From Candidatus Latescibacterota bacterium (GTDB taxonomy: Bacteria > Latescibacterota > UBA2968 > UBA8231): a stretch of 64,000 bases of DNA. Both the position numbers and the translations under genes were made by a program. Under the pieces are notes generated by a model. That model was given only the letters and a program-made list of their open reading frames with translations, had not been told where the DNA came from and did no database searches. Each line of letters opens with the position of its first letter. Within the stretch, counting starts at the first letter, position 1. The stretch is taken from NCBI GenBank assembly GCA_965243025.1, contig CBDETY010000003.1, forward strand, positions 192,001-256,000. Reading direction: 5' to 3'. This document shows, piece by piece, positions 52,770-62,884 of the stretch.

Positions 52770-53060
52770 AACCTTCTCGCGGTCGGGACGCCGACCGTCA
52801 TGCCGTTGCCCAGGGAGGCGCCCCACGGCGGCCGGCGCTCCTTCGGGCACATCCCTGAATTTCCGTTTCAGTTCCTCGTCGGACATCTCCGGCGAGCATC
52901 CCAGCGTCCCGTAACAGGACGCCGGCATCTCCTTTTCCAACTCCCTTCCAAGCTCTTCGTCCGTTACCGGGGAACCTTCGGAGCAGGCGAACAGGTGCTG
53001 GTTGACCCCCCTGTTCAACTCGAACCGGGTCACCTGCTCCGCGATCCGGGAGACCTGGCC
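52770..53060 (-). pseudogene. Degraded DnaJ/DjlA-like J-domain fragment
   Basis: YGTLGCSPEMSDEELKRKFR then frameshift; HPD absent (KERRP in the adjacent frame). Confidence 0.4.
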
Positions 53061-53155
53061 GGATCTCGACCCGACATCCGATGCTGGCGGTCCCGGTGAG
53101 GGTGGTGGTTTATTGGGGGCTTTATTGCTGAACTTCTGTGAGGGGAGGAGCCCAC

Positions 53156-53746
53156 ATGCGATTACCTGCCGGTATCCTGTTTTTCGCTTCACTGGCTTCC
53201 GCCCATGAATCCCTGGTCGGTACCTGGATGCTCGAGGGCGGCACGGACTCCATTACTATTCGAGATGACGGGACTCTTGCCCGGGAAATCAGCATCGACG
53301 TGGAGACGTTCCTGGCTCCCTCGGATCTGGGATTCAGTGATAGCCTCGAGATAAGGGAAACCCTGGCCGCCCTTATCCCGGGGCGAATTGTGCACGTGTC
53401 CCTTTCAGGGACCTGGGAATCACGAGGCAGCCGGTTTCTGACTGTCTATCGAACCGCCGAAGTGGAAGGGTGGGAAGAGCTGGTTGACGACATTATGGAA
53501 ATTGCGGGGCCGGCAATGGAGAAACGCCTGGAGGGCTCAGATCACGTAGACTTCCTGGTAGACGCCTACAGAGGGCTTCTGAAGTCGTTGTTTTCGCCGA
53601 GAGATACCTTTCAATTCGGGGAAGAAACGTCTGTTTCCTGGCGCATCGAAGACGAAGTCCTCACTCTGGGCGGCGATGTCTACAAGCGAGTGATCCCGAC
53701 ACCGGTACAGTCGGTGTCCTGGGGCCAGCTCAAGAAAGGGGGATAA
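53156..53746 (+). CDS. Secreted hypothetical protein with C-terminal PTPVQSVSWGQLK tail
   Basis: GGAGGAG RBS, signal peptide ending ASA, LVGTW lipocalin-like start. Confidence 0.75.
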   Translation: MRLPAGILFFASLASAHESLVGTWMLEGGTDSITIRDDGTLAREISIDVETFLAPSDLGFSDSLEIRETLAALIPGRIVHVSLSGTWESRGSRFLTVYRTAEVEGWEELVDDIMEIAGPAMEKRLEGSDHVDFLVDAYRGLLKSLFSPRDTFQFGEETSVSWRIEDEVLTLGGDVYKRVIPTPVQSVSWGQLKKGG

Positions 53747-53850
53747 AGCCTGGAGCGTGGTTCCCGGTTCCGGGAAGGGTTTCGCCGCGGATGCCCTCCC
53801 GCCGCAGGTGAAGCTCGCTTCGGGCAAACGGGTGCTCGATGTTTCAGTAG

Positions 53851-53900
53851 AAAAAAACCCCCCTATCCGCAACTCCTTGTCGGAGAGCGGATAAGGGGGG
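53851..53900 (-). terminator. Terminator downstream of tmRNA
   Basis: CCCCCCTTATCCGC...GCGGATAGGGGGG followed by T7 on the minus strand. Confidence 0.8.
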
Positions 53901-53939
53901 TGTTCCGGAGTCTTGTGGTGCTGTGGGAAACGGAAAAAT

Positions 53940-54294
53940 TGGTGGAGGCGGCGGGAATCGAACCCGCGTCCGAAAGCAGTTCCTCCGAGACTTCTACGTG
54001 CGTAGTCAGTCGTTTGGTTCTCGCCCCCTGCGGCTCCGGCTGACAGGATCCGCCGGGGGCCAGTTCACAGGGTTTCGCGAACGGCCTGTGAACGAAAGCG
54101 CGTCCGCTAGCCTGCTTTCCTGTCGCCGGGGCCGGCGTCGCAGGCTACACCGGCCCCAACGGGCAGCCTTTTCAGGCCGCCAAAGCGTACGAGTTATCGT
54201 CGGCGCTTGAAGTTGATCCCGGGATTAACGAGGTATCGGGGACCTCGGCACGCTGTCTCGACCTCTCTGCCCCCGTCGAAGCCATGTCGCCCCC
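53940..54294 (-). ncRNA. ssrA: tmRNA; tag peptide (A)DDNSYALAA
   Basis: 5' GGGGGCGACATGGCTTCGAC; 3' GGACGCGGGTTCGATTCCCGCCGCCTCCACCA; tag frame ends YALAA-TGA. Confidence 0.96.
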
Positions 54295-54381
54295 GGGTTT
54301 GAGAGTCGTTGCGCGCGCTGAACACAGCAGCGCGATCAGATCAATATACCCCTCCCGGGGCATACCGCAATTATCGGCGCC

Positions 54382-56565
54382 TCAGAACGCCTGCCCGATC
54401 GAGAAGTAAAGGCTGCGGTTGTTCCTCCGATTGTCCGGGTTCCTGCTCCAGCCGACGTCGAAGCGGAAAGGAATGCCGCGCTCGTAGCGCAACCCGAAGC
54501 CGTACCCGTCCACCATGCGGGTCCAGCGGGCCTCACGGAGGTGGCGCCAGACCCCGGCCCGGTCCCAGAAGACGACGAACCCGAAATCCCCGGAGTTGAT
54601 GCGCAGTTCGCTGCGCACGTTGGCCCCGGCGCGCCCTCCCCCCGTTACCTGGATACGTTCGCGGCCGACCCCGCGGACGCTGCCTTCGCCGCCGAGCTTG
54701 ATCCAGTACGCCTGCGGCAGGTCGCGGTTTTTCCTGAGAGAGGCGGTCAGGAGTCCGCGGAATTGCTGTGCCCATACGAAGTTGGGGTGGAGACGCAGGT
54801 AGTAGCGCAACACCACCTCTCCGTCAAGGACGCGTGTCGGCTGTCGGCCGAACTCGACTGCGTAACGGCCCCGGGCGTGCAGCAGCGTCCCCCTCGACGG
54901 GGAGATCGGGTTGTCCCGGGAGTCGCGGTTGAAGGCGAAAGTCAGGTTGAGGGTGTTCGAGTCCTCGGTCAGCAGGCGGAGCCAGGTGTCGTCGATGGGG
55001 ATCGAGCCGCAGGCGTAGTCGAGATCGCCGGGACCGCACGCCTCGCTCTGCGAACCATCGGCCGGCCCTTGTTCCGGCTCCTCTCCCGCCACGTCGTCCT
55101 CCGACTGCTCCTCGTCGCCGAATGGATCCTCGTCGCCGAACAGATCTTCGTCCTCGGATGGACTCTCTCCGGTCTCTGTGGATCCGGAATCGGCAGCATC
55201 GGGGGGGTATCCGGGCGAGTAGCTTATTTCAGCGTCCAGAAACGGCTCGGTGCGGGACTGGTTCCAGTTCAGTTCGGTGAGGGCGTGATAGCGGGCCGCA
55301 TCGGCCGGCTCCCACTGTTTCGAAAGAGAGCTCTTGAACTGCAGGAGCCGCTCCACGGACCGGTAGTCGAACTCCGATGCGGCGATGTATTCGGTCACGA
55401 GTTCGGCACCGCCGAACAGCAGCAGGTCGTTGAGGATCGAATCGTTGGAGCTGAGCAGGGCGAACTGGGTGGAGTCCCCGGGTGCGGCGTATACCTGGCT
55501 CCTGCCCCACTCGTCGGTGAGACTGGCCGTCATGGTCAGGTCGGCCCCGGAATCGAAGACGTTGCGCTCGGTGATATCGAATTCTGCGCCTTGTTTCGGG
55601 CGCCCGAGATACCCCCTCAGACCTATGCGGGTCCCCCTCCCGAGCCAGTTGGCGTGCTCGAGCCGGGTCTCCGCCCCCGGTTCGGTGTTGTTGAAGAATC
55701 CGAGGGCCTCGAGGTTGATGAACTTGCGCTCCTGCAGCGAGATCTCGATTGGCTGCAGGCTGTCCCCCGGAGCGACCGCCGGGGTCGAGAGAGTCACCGA
55801 GCGGAACAGGTCGGTCCGCGACAGGTTGTTGCGGGAAAGACGCAGCTGATGGGGATTGAACAGTTGACCCTTGCGGAAGGTCAGCATGCCGCGCACGAGC
55901 CGGGAGCGGGTCTGCAGCGGTTTTCCCCCGGTGCGTTCGCGGATCCTGATTTCGCCGAAGTACATGCGCCTGCCCGGGGTGATCTCGTAGGTGACCCGGG
56001 CGAGTTTGTCCTGCGAGTCGAGCTCGGTGCGGTTCCGCGCCCGGGCCTGGGAGTACCCCCTGTTGTTCAGCAAAGCTACCAGGGCGCGCTCGTCCTCGAT
56101 GACGGTTTTGTACTCGAAGAACCCTCCCGCATGCGAGCGCAGCGTGCGCAGGAGGTCCCCTTCCAGATCCCCGTGGGCCCCGTCCAGGGCCAGCCCCGCC
56201 TCCTCGATCTTCCAGCGCCGGCCGCTTTCGATCCACAGCCTGATGTGCAGGCGGTCCTTCTCGTCGAGGAGGTACTCCTTGCGCGCGATGTCGACGTCGA
56301 GGTAGCCGATCCCGCGGTACAGGTTCTCCAGCTTGGCGAGATCGTCGCGGAAATAGCGCCGCCGGAACGGCTCTCCTGACCGGGTCCTCATGGCGGTGCG
56401 CAGGAAGGGATTGCCGAACGGTTTCTCCTGCGGGTGCACGAAGCGAATTCGCTTTACCTCGACGTTCCTGCCGTCCAGGTCGCGCAGATCGACCTCCCGC
56501 CGGGAGGCGTCGGAAGGAAGCCAACCGAGCAGGACAAGGGCGCCGGCGAGGAGGGGAAGCGGCAT
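54382..56565 (-). CDS. tamA: Omp85 family outer-membrane protein (TamA/BamA-like)
   Basis: signal peptide, three POTRA-like segments, DSRDNPISPSRG, GGEGSVRG, GFGLRY, SIGQAF; coupled to tamB. Confidence 0.85.
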   Translation of the reverse strand: MPLPLLAGALVLLGWLPSDASRREVDLRDLDGRNVEVKRIRFVHPQEKPFGNPFLRTAMRTRSGEPFRRRYFRDDLAKLENLYRGIGYLDVDIARKEYLLDEKDRLHIRLWIESGRRWKIEEAGLALDGAHGDLEGDLLRTLRSHAGGFFEYKTVIEDERALVALLNNRGYSQARARNRTELDSQDKLARVTYEITPGRRMYFGEIRIRERTGGKPLQTRSRLVRGMLTFRKGQLFNPHQLRLSRNNLSRTDLFRSVTLSTPAVAPGDSLQPIEISLQERKFINLEALGFFNNTEPGAETRLEHANWLGRGTRIGLRGYLGRPKQGAEFDITERNVFDSGADLTMTASLTDEWGRSQVYAAPGDSTQFALLSSNDSILNDLLLFGGAELVTEYIAASEFDYRSVERLLQFKSSLSKQWEPADAARYHALTELNWNQSRTEPFLDAEISYSPGYPPDAADSGSTETGESPSEDEDLFGDEDPFGDEEQSEDDVAGEEPEQGPADGSQSEACGPGDLDYACGSIPIDDTWLRLLTEDSNTLNLTFAFNRDSRDNPISPSRGTLLHARGRYAVEFGRQPTRVLDGEVVLRYYLRLHPNFVWAQQFRGLLTASLRKNRDLPQAYWIKLGGEGSVRGVGRERIQVTGGGRAGANVRSELRINSGDFGFVVFWDRAGVWRHLREARWTRMVDGYGFGLRYERGIPFRFDVGWSRNPDNRRNNRSLYFSIGQAF

Positions 56566-59500
56566 CAGAACTGCTTCTTCAACCCGAGGCCGACGCCGTA
56601 GAGCTCGTACTCGGAGTGGGCCTTTGCCCGCAGGGTAATGAATCGAGAGAACTGGTACTCGACCTGGGCTTCGCCTATGGAGGGGTCGTTTGTTATCGCC
56701 TCGTAGCGCACCCACAGGGGCAGCGGCCACCTGAAGTGCTTGCCGATGCGCACCGCAGGTTGGCCCGAAGTCCCCAGCACGGTGCCGGAGGGCAGCAACT
56801 GGAACTCGTCGAGGCCGATCCGCTGCAGCTGGCCCCCGAGCAGCAGCTGGCCGACGGCGGTTCCGGCGGCGCGGAAGAGGTCGCGTTCGGCCACCCCTTC
56901 CGTCTCCGAGGTGCCGAAGGCGAGCAGGAAGATCACCTGGTTCTTTTCGAGGTCGCCCGAGCTGAAGTCGGGGTTGGCGCGCAAGGTCGATCCCCGCAGC
57001 GACATGGTCACCGTGCGCTCCTCGTTGTCGGCCATGTCGCGGACCTCGGCAACCGCCTCGAGGTCGAGCTCCGGATCGAGGAGCAGCGGGTCGTAGGCGA
57101 GGTCGAGTATGGAGTAGGTCGGCACCAGGCGGTCGAGGATGATGCGGCCCCTCTTCTCGAAGACGAACTCGTTGTTCAGGGCGATTACGGTCCCCTCTTT
57201 TTTCACGAACATCTCCCCCTGGATGCGGGGCTTGTAGAAGGTTCCGTACACGTGCCCGGAGCCCTCGAGCAGGAGATCGGCGAGCTCGTTGCGCACCGCC
57301 ATTTCCCGCACGTCCACCCGCAGGTCGAGGTGGATGGTTTCGAGGAAGGGGTCCTGCAGTGCGGGCGGCGGCGGCGGCAGGGGGGGTGCCGTCAGGTCGA
57401 CGAGTGGGGGCTCGGAGATGCCCTGGTCGAGCAGCAGCTCTCCTTCGAGCAGCGATCCGTTTTCCCGGCTGCGGAACTGCAGACGGCCCTGGGCGGCCGG
57501 CACGAGGAAGACGTCGTCGTACCCGAAAGGCACGCCGTCGATCGCCAGCACCAGGTCGTAGTCGAGCCGGTCAGCGGAAATCTCCAGGTGGCCGCTCAGC
57601 TCGCATTCTCCCTCGCCGCGGGACGGGTAGCCGGAAAAATCGGTGAGAAGGCCGCGCCGGCCGGAGAACTCGATCCGCCCCCGGGGAAAGGCGTAGCCCG
57701 GGTCGACGTCGATGAACCGGAAGCCGACCTCCTCGACCTCCAGCTCCCCGTTGACCTGCGGATCGGACCCGAGGCTGGTCGCGGCCAGGTCGAAGCGGAC
57801 GAGCCCGTCCAGGGTCTCGAGCTCCGGCACCTGGTCGACGAAGATGAACAGGTTGACGCCCTCGGTCCGCGCCGACAGCCCGGCCCGTTCCCAAACGGCC
57901 TTCCAGGTGCGAGGGTGCACCGGCAGGTTGCCGGAAACCGCAACCTCGTCGGCAAGCGGGGTCGACCAGAGGGCCTGCAGGGTTGCGAGGCCGCCGGCGA
58001 CCTCGACATCCGCGGTCAGGTCGCCGAACTCCTCGGTCGCGGCGGTGGCGGTCAGGGAAAGGGAGCGTCCCCCTGCCGAATCGGTCAGCGCCGCGACGGC
58101 ATCGACCGTGCCCGCGGGAAGGGAGGACTCCCCGATGCCGAACGCAGCGGCGCTCAGCAGGTCCACTTCGGACAGCTCGAGGGTGATCCGGTGCCTCCCG
58201 GATGCCGTCTGCAGGCCTGCCGAGACCGACCCGGCGGGATGGTCGTAGCGGCCGCTCTCCTCGTCGAGCCTGGCCAGGGTAAGGGTCATGTGCTGGGGCT
58301 CTTCCCCCCCGAACCGGACCTCCACTCCTTCGTCGGGAACCTCCAGGTGCAGAGTCCCCTTCTCGATTTCCAGGTGGCTGAGGCGGGCGCTTCCCGACAG
58401 GCTGGTCCACGTGATTCCGGAAGCGAGGCCGTCGGCGGGAAAGGAGAGGGCGCCGCTCAGCCCCAGCGAGCCGCCGACGCTGTCGTCGAGGGCGTAGCTG
58501 AGGACCGGTCCCAGGTCGAGACCGCCAGCCCCGATCCCGAGGTGAGCGCGCTCCCCGGCTGCGGCGTCCCCGGACAGGGCCGTCCCCGGCATGGCCAGGC
58601 GGACGGCGAGGCTTCCGGCTTTCGTTTCCCCGCCGCTGCCCGCCGGCTGGGTCAGCTCGACGACCGCGACGGTACTGTCCCGGTGAGATACCACCGTCCG
58701 CAGCCGGCCGAGGCGGCGCTGCTGCAGGTGCACCTCGAACAGTTCCAGCTCTCCGTCGAGCTCGGGGCGGTCCGCGGTACCCCGCAGCCGCAGCTCGAGG
58801 ATGCCGCGCGCCGTGAGGGCCCCGCCGGCGAGGGTCAGGAAGACGGAATCGATCGCCGCCCGGGCCGACAGCGAGTCGGCGGCCCGGGCGGAGGCGGTCA
58901 GGGTGCCGGCCGGCGTTGCCAGCGACACCGGGGCGATTTCGGTAACCCCGCTGCGGCGGGTTGCGCGAACCGGCTCGATTGCCTGAAAGACCTGCTCGTG
59001 GAACGACAGCTCGACCTGCTCCAGGAGCAGCTCGGCGGTGAGCAGCTCCGGCTTCCCCGTCTCGCCGCTGGCGGACAACTCCCCGGAGAGCAGGAGGTGG
59101 TCCAGCCGGTCGGAGACGGGGTCGCGGCGGGCGGCGGTTACGCTGTCGAGCCGCGCGGTTGCAGAATAACGCCCCGTCTCCTCCAGGTGGGCCTCGGCGT
59201 GCAGGCCCCGGCCGCGCAGCAGCAGGCGGGTGGTCCCGTCCTCGAACGAGATGCCGGTGTCGATATCCCCGGCGCTCCAGCCGCGGTACCCCACCTCCTG
59301 CAGGGCGATGGTCGCCCCCAGTCGTGCGGCGTCCCAGTCGAACGACCCCGCTTCCAGCCCGGCGGTTACCGAGCCGGACAGTTCCGGCAGCAGCCGGTCG
59401 AGCCGGGTGGGCTGGATAGCGGCGTGCAGGGTGTCGACGGACCCGGCCTTCAGGTCGGTTTCAACTCCGGCGAGCATGCCGCCGCCGTCGAGGGAGAGGG

Positions 59501-60953
59501 TCAACTCCGTCTTCCGCCAGTCCTCCACCGAGGCGCGCATTGAAAGCGGCCCGAACTCCGGGCCGAGTCCGGGCAGCTCCTCCACCGTCAGGTCGGCGAC
59601 GAGCTCGCCGGGAGACAGGTGCCCGGTGACCGCGGCCGGCATCGGGGTCCCTGTCAGGGGGCCGGCATCGAGCTTTCCGCGCAGGTCGACGGCGTAGCGG
59701 TCCGGTCCGGCGACCGTTCCTTGGGCGGCGACGGAGCCGAGCGTCGATTCGAGCGCCGCGGTGAGTCCGGGGCCGTCGAGGTGCGCCTCGAGGGTGAGGT
59801 CAAGCGGGGTTGCCGCCTCCGGCCGCAACCCGGAGAGCCGGGCCTCGAGGCGGGCGTCCAGCTCTCCCCAGGCGGCGCGCCCGCCCGCCGTCAGGGTGGC
59901 GGACAGCAGGCCGTCGGCGGCGCCCGAGGTAAGGGGGGCGATGGCCAGGCCGGCGATCTCCAGGCTTGCCCTCATGCTGTCGCCGGCGGCGTGGGCGTAC
60001 TCTCCCCCCAGGCGCACCCTGCCCTCTCCCTCCGCTGACTCGATGAGAAGGGAGTCGACGGAGATCCTTTCCCCGGTAACGCGCGCCGCGGCCGTCCCGG
60101 TGTAGTCGCCGAAGACGGAATCGCTCAACGCTCCGGATGCCGCCAGGTCGAGGTCGAGGGCTGCCATGGCCCCGGACAGGGTGACAACTCCCTCGCCCCG
60201 CCGCGAAGGAGATCGGGCGCTTACTGCAGTTTCCAGATGCAGCGGAAGGGACTCGGTCAGGCCCAGGGTCACGGTGCCGGCCGCGGTGAATCGGGCATTC
60301 CCGGTGGATGCGCGCACCGACAGGCTGTCAGCCGCGAGGCGGTCCGCCTCGACCGTAAACAGGGCCTCGAGGGCGCCGGATGCGCGCGTCTCCCCCCGCG
60401 TCAGCTGAACGTCAGGGGCGGTGATCCGGAGCCGCCTGCCGGAGGAGGGACCAGTCGAGGATCCGGGTGCCATTTCGAAGCGCAGATCCATCCGGTTTGC
60501 CGCTACTCGCAGGCTGCCGTCGCGGAGCGCGAGCTCTGCGCCGGAAACCGTTATGGAAGGGATGTCGTCGAGGGGCAGGCTGAAATGCCCGGGTTCCGGG
60601 GCGGCGGGGGGAGGCGGTGCCGGATCCACCGCCGGAATCGCGGCGGAGTCCGGCCGCGACAGGTCGATCTCGATCCTCGGGGATTCAACCGCGACTTCCC
60701 GGTCCCAGATCGTCGCTGCCAGCGACGGGACCGCAATCGCCGGCGAACCGGACCGGCCGCCGGCGCGAACCTCTTCGAAGCGGGGCCTGCCCAGAAGCGA
60801 GCCTCCGGTGGAGCCGATCTCCACCCTCCATCCATACCTCGGGGCCGCATGTTCGACCGCCCGGGCAAGGACGTAGACGCCCAGGGGAGTCAGCAGCAGG
60901 AGGAGAAGAAGGGCTGCCGTACCCGCCCCGGCGTAGAGGATGGTTCGCCGCAT
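56565..60953 (-). CDS. tamB: Translocation and assembly module TamB-like (AsmA-like) protein
   Basis: N-terminal anchor, long beta-rich body, C-terminal DPELDLEA..SLRG..FLLAFG..VRIGKHF. Confidence 0.8.
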   Translation of the reverse strand: MRRTILYAGAGTAALLLLLLLTPLGVYVLARAVEHAAPRYGWRVEIGSTGGSLLGRPRFEEVRAGGRSGSPAIAVPSLAATIWDREVAVESPRIEIDLSRPDSAAIPAVDPAPPPPAAPEPGHFSLPLDDIPSITVSGAELALRDGSLRVAANRMDLRFEMAPGSSTGPSSGRRLRITAPDVQLTRGETRASGALEALFTVEADRLAADSLSVRASTGNARFTAAGTVTLGLTESLPLHLETAVSARSPSRRGEGVVTLSGAMAALDLDLAASGALSDSVFGDYTGTAAARVTGERISVDSLLIESAEGEGRVRLGGEYAHAAGDSMRASLEIAGLAIAPLTSGAADGLLSATLTAGGRAAWGELDARLEARLSGLRPEAATPLDLTLEAHLDGPGLTAALESTLGSVAAQGTVAGPDRYAVDLRGKLDAGPLTGTPMPAAVTGHLSPGELVADLTVEELPGLGPEFGPLSMRASVEDWRKTELTLSLDGGGMLAGVETDLKAGSVDTLHAAIQPTRLDRLLPELSGSVTAGLEAGSFDWDAARLGATIALQEVGYRGWSAGDIDTGISFEDGTTRLLLRGRGLHAEAHLEETGRYSATARLDSVTAARRDPVSDRLDHLLLSGELSASGETGKPELLTAELLLEQVELSFHEQVFQAIEPVRATRRSGVTEIAPVSLATPAGTLTASARAADSLSARAAIDSVFLTLAGGALTARGILELRLRGTADRPELDGELELFEVHLQQRRLGRLRTVVSHRDSTVAVVELTQPAGSGGETKAGSLAVRLAMPGTALSGDAAAGERAHLGIGAGGLDLGPVLSYALDDSVGGSLGLSGALSFPADGLASGITWTSLSGSARLSHLEIEKGTLHLEVPDEGVEVRFGGEEPQHMTLTLARLDEESGRYDHPAGSVSAGLQTASGRHRITLELSEVDLLSAAAFGIGESSLPAGTVDAVAALTDSAGGRSLSLTATAATEEFGDLTADVEVAGGLATLQALWSTPLADEVAVSGNLPVHPRTWKAVWERAGLSARTEGVNLFIFVDQVPELETLDGLVRFDLAATSLGSDPQVNGELEVEEVGFRFIDVDPGYAFPRGRIEFSGRRGLLTDFSGYPSRGEGECELSGHLEISADRLDYDLVLAIDGVPFGYDDVFLVPAAQGRLQFRSRENGSLLEGELLLDQGISEPPLVDLTAPPLPPPPPALQDPFLETIHLDLRVDVREMAVRNELADLLLEGSGHVYGTFYKPRIQGEMFVKKEGTVIALNNEFVFEKRGRIILDRLVPTYSILDLAYDPLLLDPELDLEAVAEVRDMADNEERTVTMSLRGSTLRANPDFSSGDLEKNQVIFLLAFGTSETEGVAERDLFRAAGTAVGQLLLGGQLQRIGLDEFQLLPSGTVLGTSGQPAVRIGKHFRWPLPLWVRYEAITNDPSIGEAQVEYQFSRFITLRAKAHSEYELYGVGLGLKKQF

Positions 60954-61018
60954 CGATCAGGCGCCTCGGTACCCGGGGCCTGGCCGCAAGGTTCGGGAAA
61001 CGGCTAGCCCGGCGGCCA

Positions 61019-61879
61019 TCACCGGGTCGTGCGGGTCAGTTCACCGGAGACGTCGAAGAGCGAATCGGGAAGGTCGGAGTTGGAAAGGGACTTCACCGTT
61101 CGCACGAGCTCGAACACCTTCCTCTCCTTCTTCGAGCCCTGACGGGTGAAGACCTTGAGGACCGACTGCATGTGGAAACCCTCGAGGGCGTCGAGCTCTT
61201 CCTGCAGGCTTTCGTGGTCGGCGATCGCTTCCGGGGCTCCCCCGATGCCGGAGCGAATCAGCGACGGATAGGAAGTCTTGCGAGCCTGCACCTCCTGAAA
61301 CCGCCGGATATCCCGGTATCCGGGGAAGTCGTCGGCCGCCCAGGCCTGGTACAGGTAGCGGTTCTCGCGCCGCACCTTCCCGGTTCCCGGGTCGAAGTGC
61401 TGGACCTTCATCTCCGCGGCGACCCGGCGGCAAGGGATGCCGGCGACGCGTTTGGTATCGTCGAGGATGCGGGTGCGGAACTCCACTTCCCGGTCGGGGC
61501 CGCCGGCGGCCGCCTTGGCTGCCGGAGGGGTGCCTCGCCCGGCTTCATCAGAGGTGCCGGGGGGAGGAAGCGGTTCCCGGGAGTAGGATGCCCGGGTGTG
61601 GTCGATCTGCACCAGGTTTGCCCGGTCGAGCTGAAGGATGGTGCTGCCGTCGGTGGTCCCGCCCTGCCGGCGCAACGCTTCCACTCCGCTTTTCGAGGTC
61701 TCGACCAGGGAGTGTACCCGCTGGCGCAGCCCCTTGATGTACACCTGGTTGGTGGTCTTGCGAGCCCCTGTTTTCTTGGGGCCGACCCCCTTGTTGACGA
61801 TCTCCTCGACGTAGGACACGTCGGCAGCCGCCATGGCCGCCCAGCCTGCGGCGGCAACGGCGATCGAAACCAGCTTCAT
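61019..61879 (-). CDS. Secreted hypothetical protein (DUF4412-like)
   Basis: signal peptide, QVYIKG..R, TILQLD, TKRVAGIPC, LPDSLFDV; GGAGG RBS. Confidence 0.65.
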   Translation of the reverse strand: MKLVSIAVAAAGWAAMAAADVSYVEEIVNKGVGPKKTGARKTTNQVYIKGLRQRVHSLVETSKSGVEALRRQGGTTDGSTILQLDRANLVQIDHTRASYSREPLPPPGTSDEAGRGTPPAAKAAAGGPDREVEFRTRILDDTKRVAGIPCRRVAAEMKVQHFDPGTGKVRRENRYLYQAWAADDFPGYRDIRRFQEVQARKTSYPSLIRSGIGGAPEAIADHESLQEELDALEGFHMQSVLKVFTRQGSKKERKVFELVRTVKSLSNSDLPDSLFDVSGELTRTTR

Positions 61880-62065
61880 ACAGTGCCCTCCGCGAATAGG
61901 TCGGGTCGTGGCGGAATATGTACGCTGTCTGCGGCCCGCGACCGGGGAGAGCCCGGTTTCCGCATGCAAGCGGGAACTCCAGGAGGCTCGCCGTTTGTTT
62001 CCCGGATTCTGGGAAGCACCGGTTGCAGGCGGGTTTGCGGCTTCAGGCCGGTTGCCTGTCGCCGG

Positions 62066-62752
62066 TCAATCGCGGTCGCCGCGAAGTATCAGCAGGCGCA
62101 CGAGGTGCATCAGGGAGGTGGCGGCGGCGGCGACGTAGGTCAGGGCCGCGGCATTGAGGACCCGCCGCGCCAGAACCCCTTCCTGCGGGGCCAGGTAGCG
62201 GCCGTCGACGAGCTGGGCCATGGCGCGCGAGCTGGCGTTGAATTCGACCGGAAGGGTGATCACCTGGAAAGCGAGCACTGCGGCGAACAGGGCGATCCCG
62301 ATGTCCATGAGGAAACCCTGATTGAAGAAGAAGCCGATCAGGAAAAGGGGGAAGGCCGCGGTGGATCCGATGTTGGCGACCGGCAGGAAAGAGTGCCGGA
62401 GATTCAGCGGCATGTAGCCCCTGGCGTGCTGGAGGGCGTGCCCCACCTCGTGGGCGGCGACGGCGAGCCCGGCGAGGTGATGGCCCCGGAAGATGCCGGT
62501 CGACAGCCTGACCACTTTGTCGCGCGGATCGTAGTGGTCGCTCAACACCCCGTCCACCTCCTCGACCGCGACGTCGTAAATGCCGTTTTCCCGCAGCAGG
62601 CGGCGCGCCGTTTCCGCGCCCGAGATCCCGGCCGCCGAGGCGACCTGGCTGAACTCCCCGTAGGTTTTTCTGACCTTCCACTGCGCGTACAGGGCCAGCA
62701 GGATGCATGGAACGAGCAGCAGCATGGTGGAGTCGAAAAAGAAGAATGGCAT
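62066..62752 (-). CDS. Neutral zinc metallopeptidase, YugP/Zn_peptidase_2 family
   Basis: LSDHYDP, AAHEVGHALQ, TLPVEFNASSRA, AAALTYVAA. Confidence 0.93.
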   Translation of the reverse strand: MPFFFFDSTMLLLVPCILLALYAQWKVRKTYGEFSQVASAAGISGAETARRLLRENGIYDVAVEEVDGVLSDHYDPRDKVVRLSTGIFRGHHLAGLAVAAHEVGHALQHARGYMPLNLRHSFLPVANIGSTAAFPLFLIGFFFNQGFLMDIGIALFAAVLAFQVITLPVEFNASSRAMAQLVDGRYLAPQEGVLARRVLNAAALTYVAAAATSLMHLVRLLILRGDRD

Positions 62753-62817
62753 GCCGACGACCTCCTCGGTAAACCGGTTTACGGCTTTAGAATTTGAGCC
62801 AATGATGGGACTTCATC

Positions 62818-62857
62818 AAACAAGAAACCGCGGGGAACCTGTTGCGGTTCCCCGCGG
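62818..62857 (-). terminator. Terminator after hsp20
   Basis: 12-bp stem CCGCGGGGAACC/GGTTCCCCGCGG followed by TTTCTTGTTT. Confidence 0.8.
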
Positions 62858-62884
62858 CTGGGACAGGGGCGGCGGACGAGGCCG

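Noticed and set aside
54172-54363. 63-aa ORF ending YALAA
   Set aside because: It is the tmRNA tag frame extended upstream, not a protein gene
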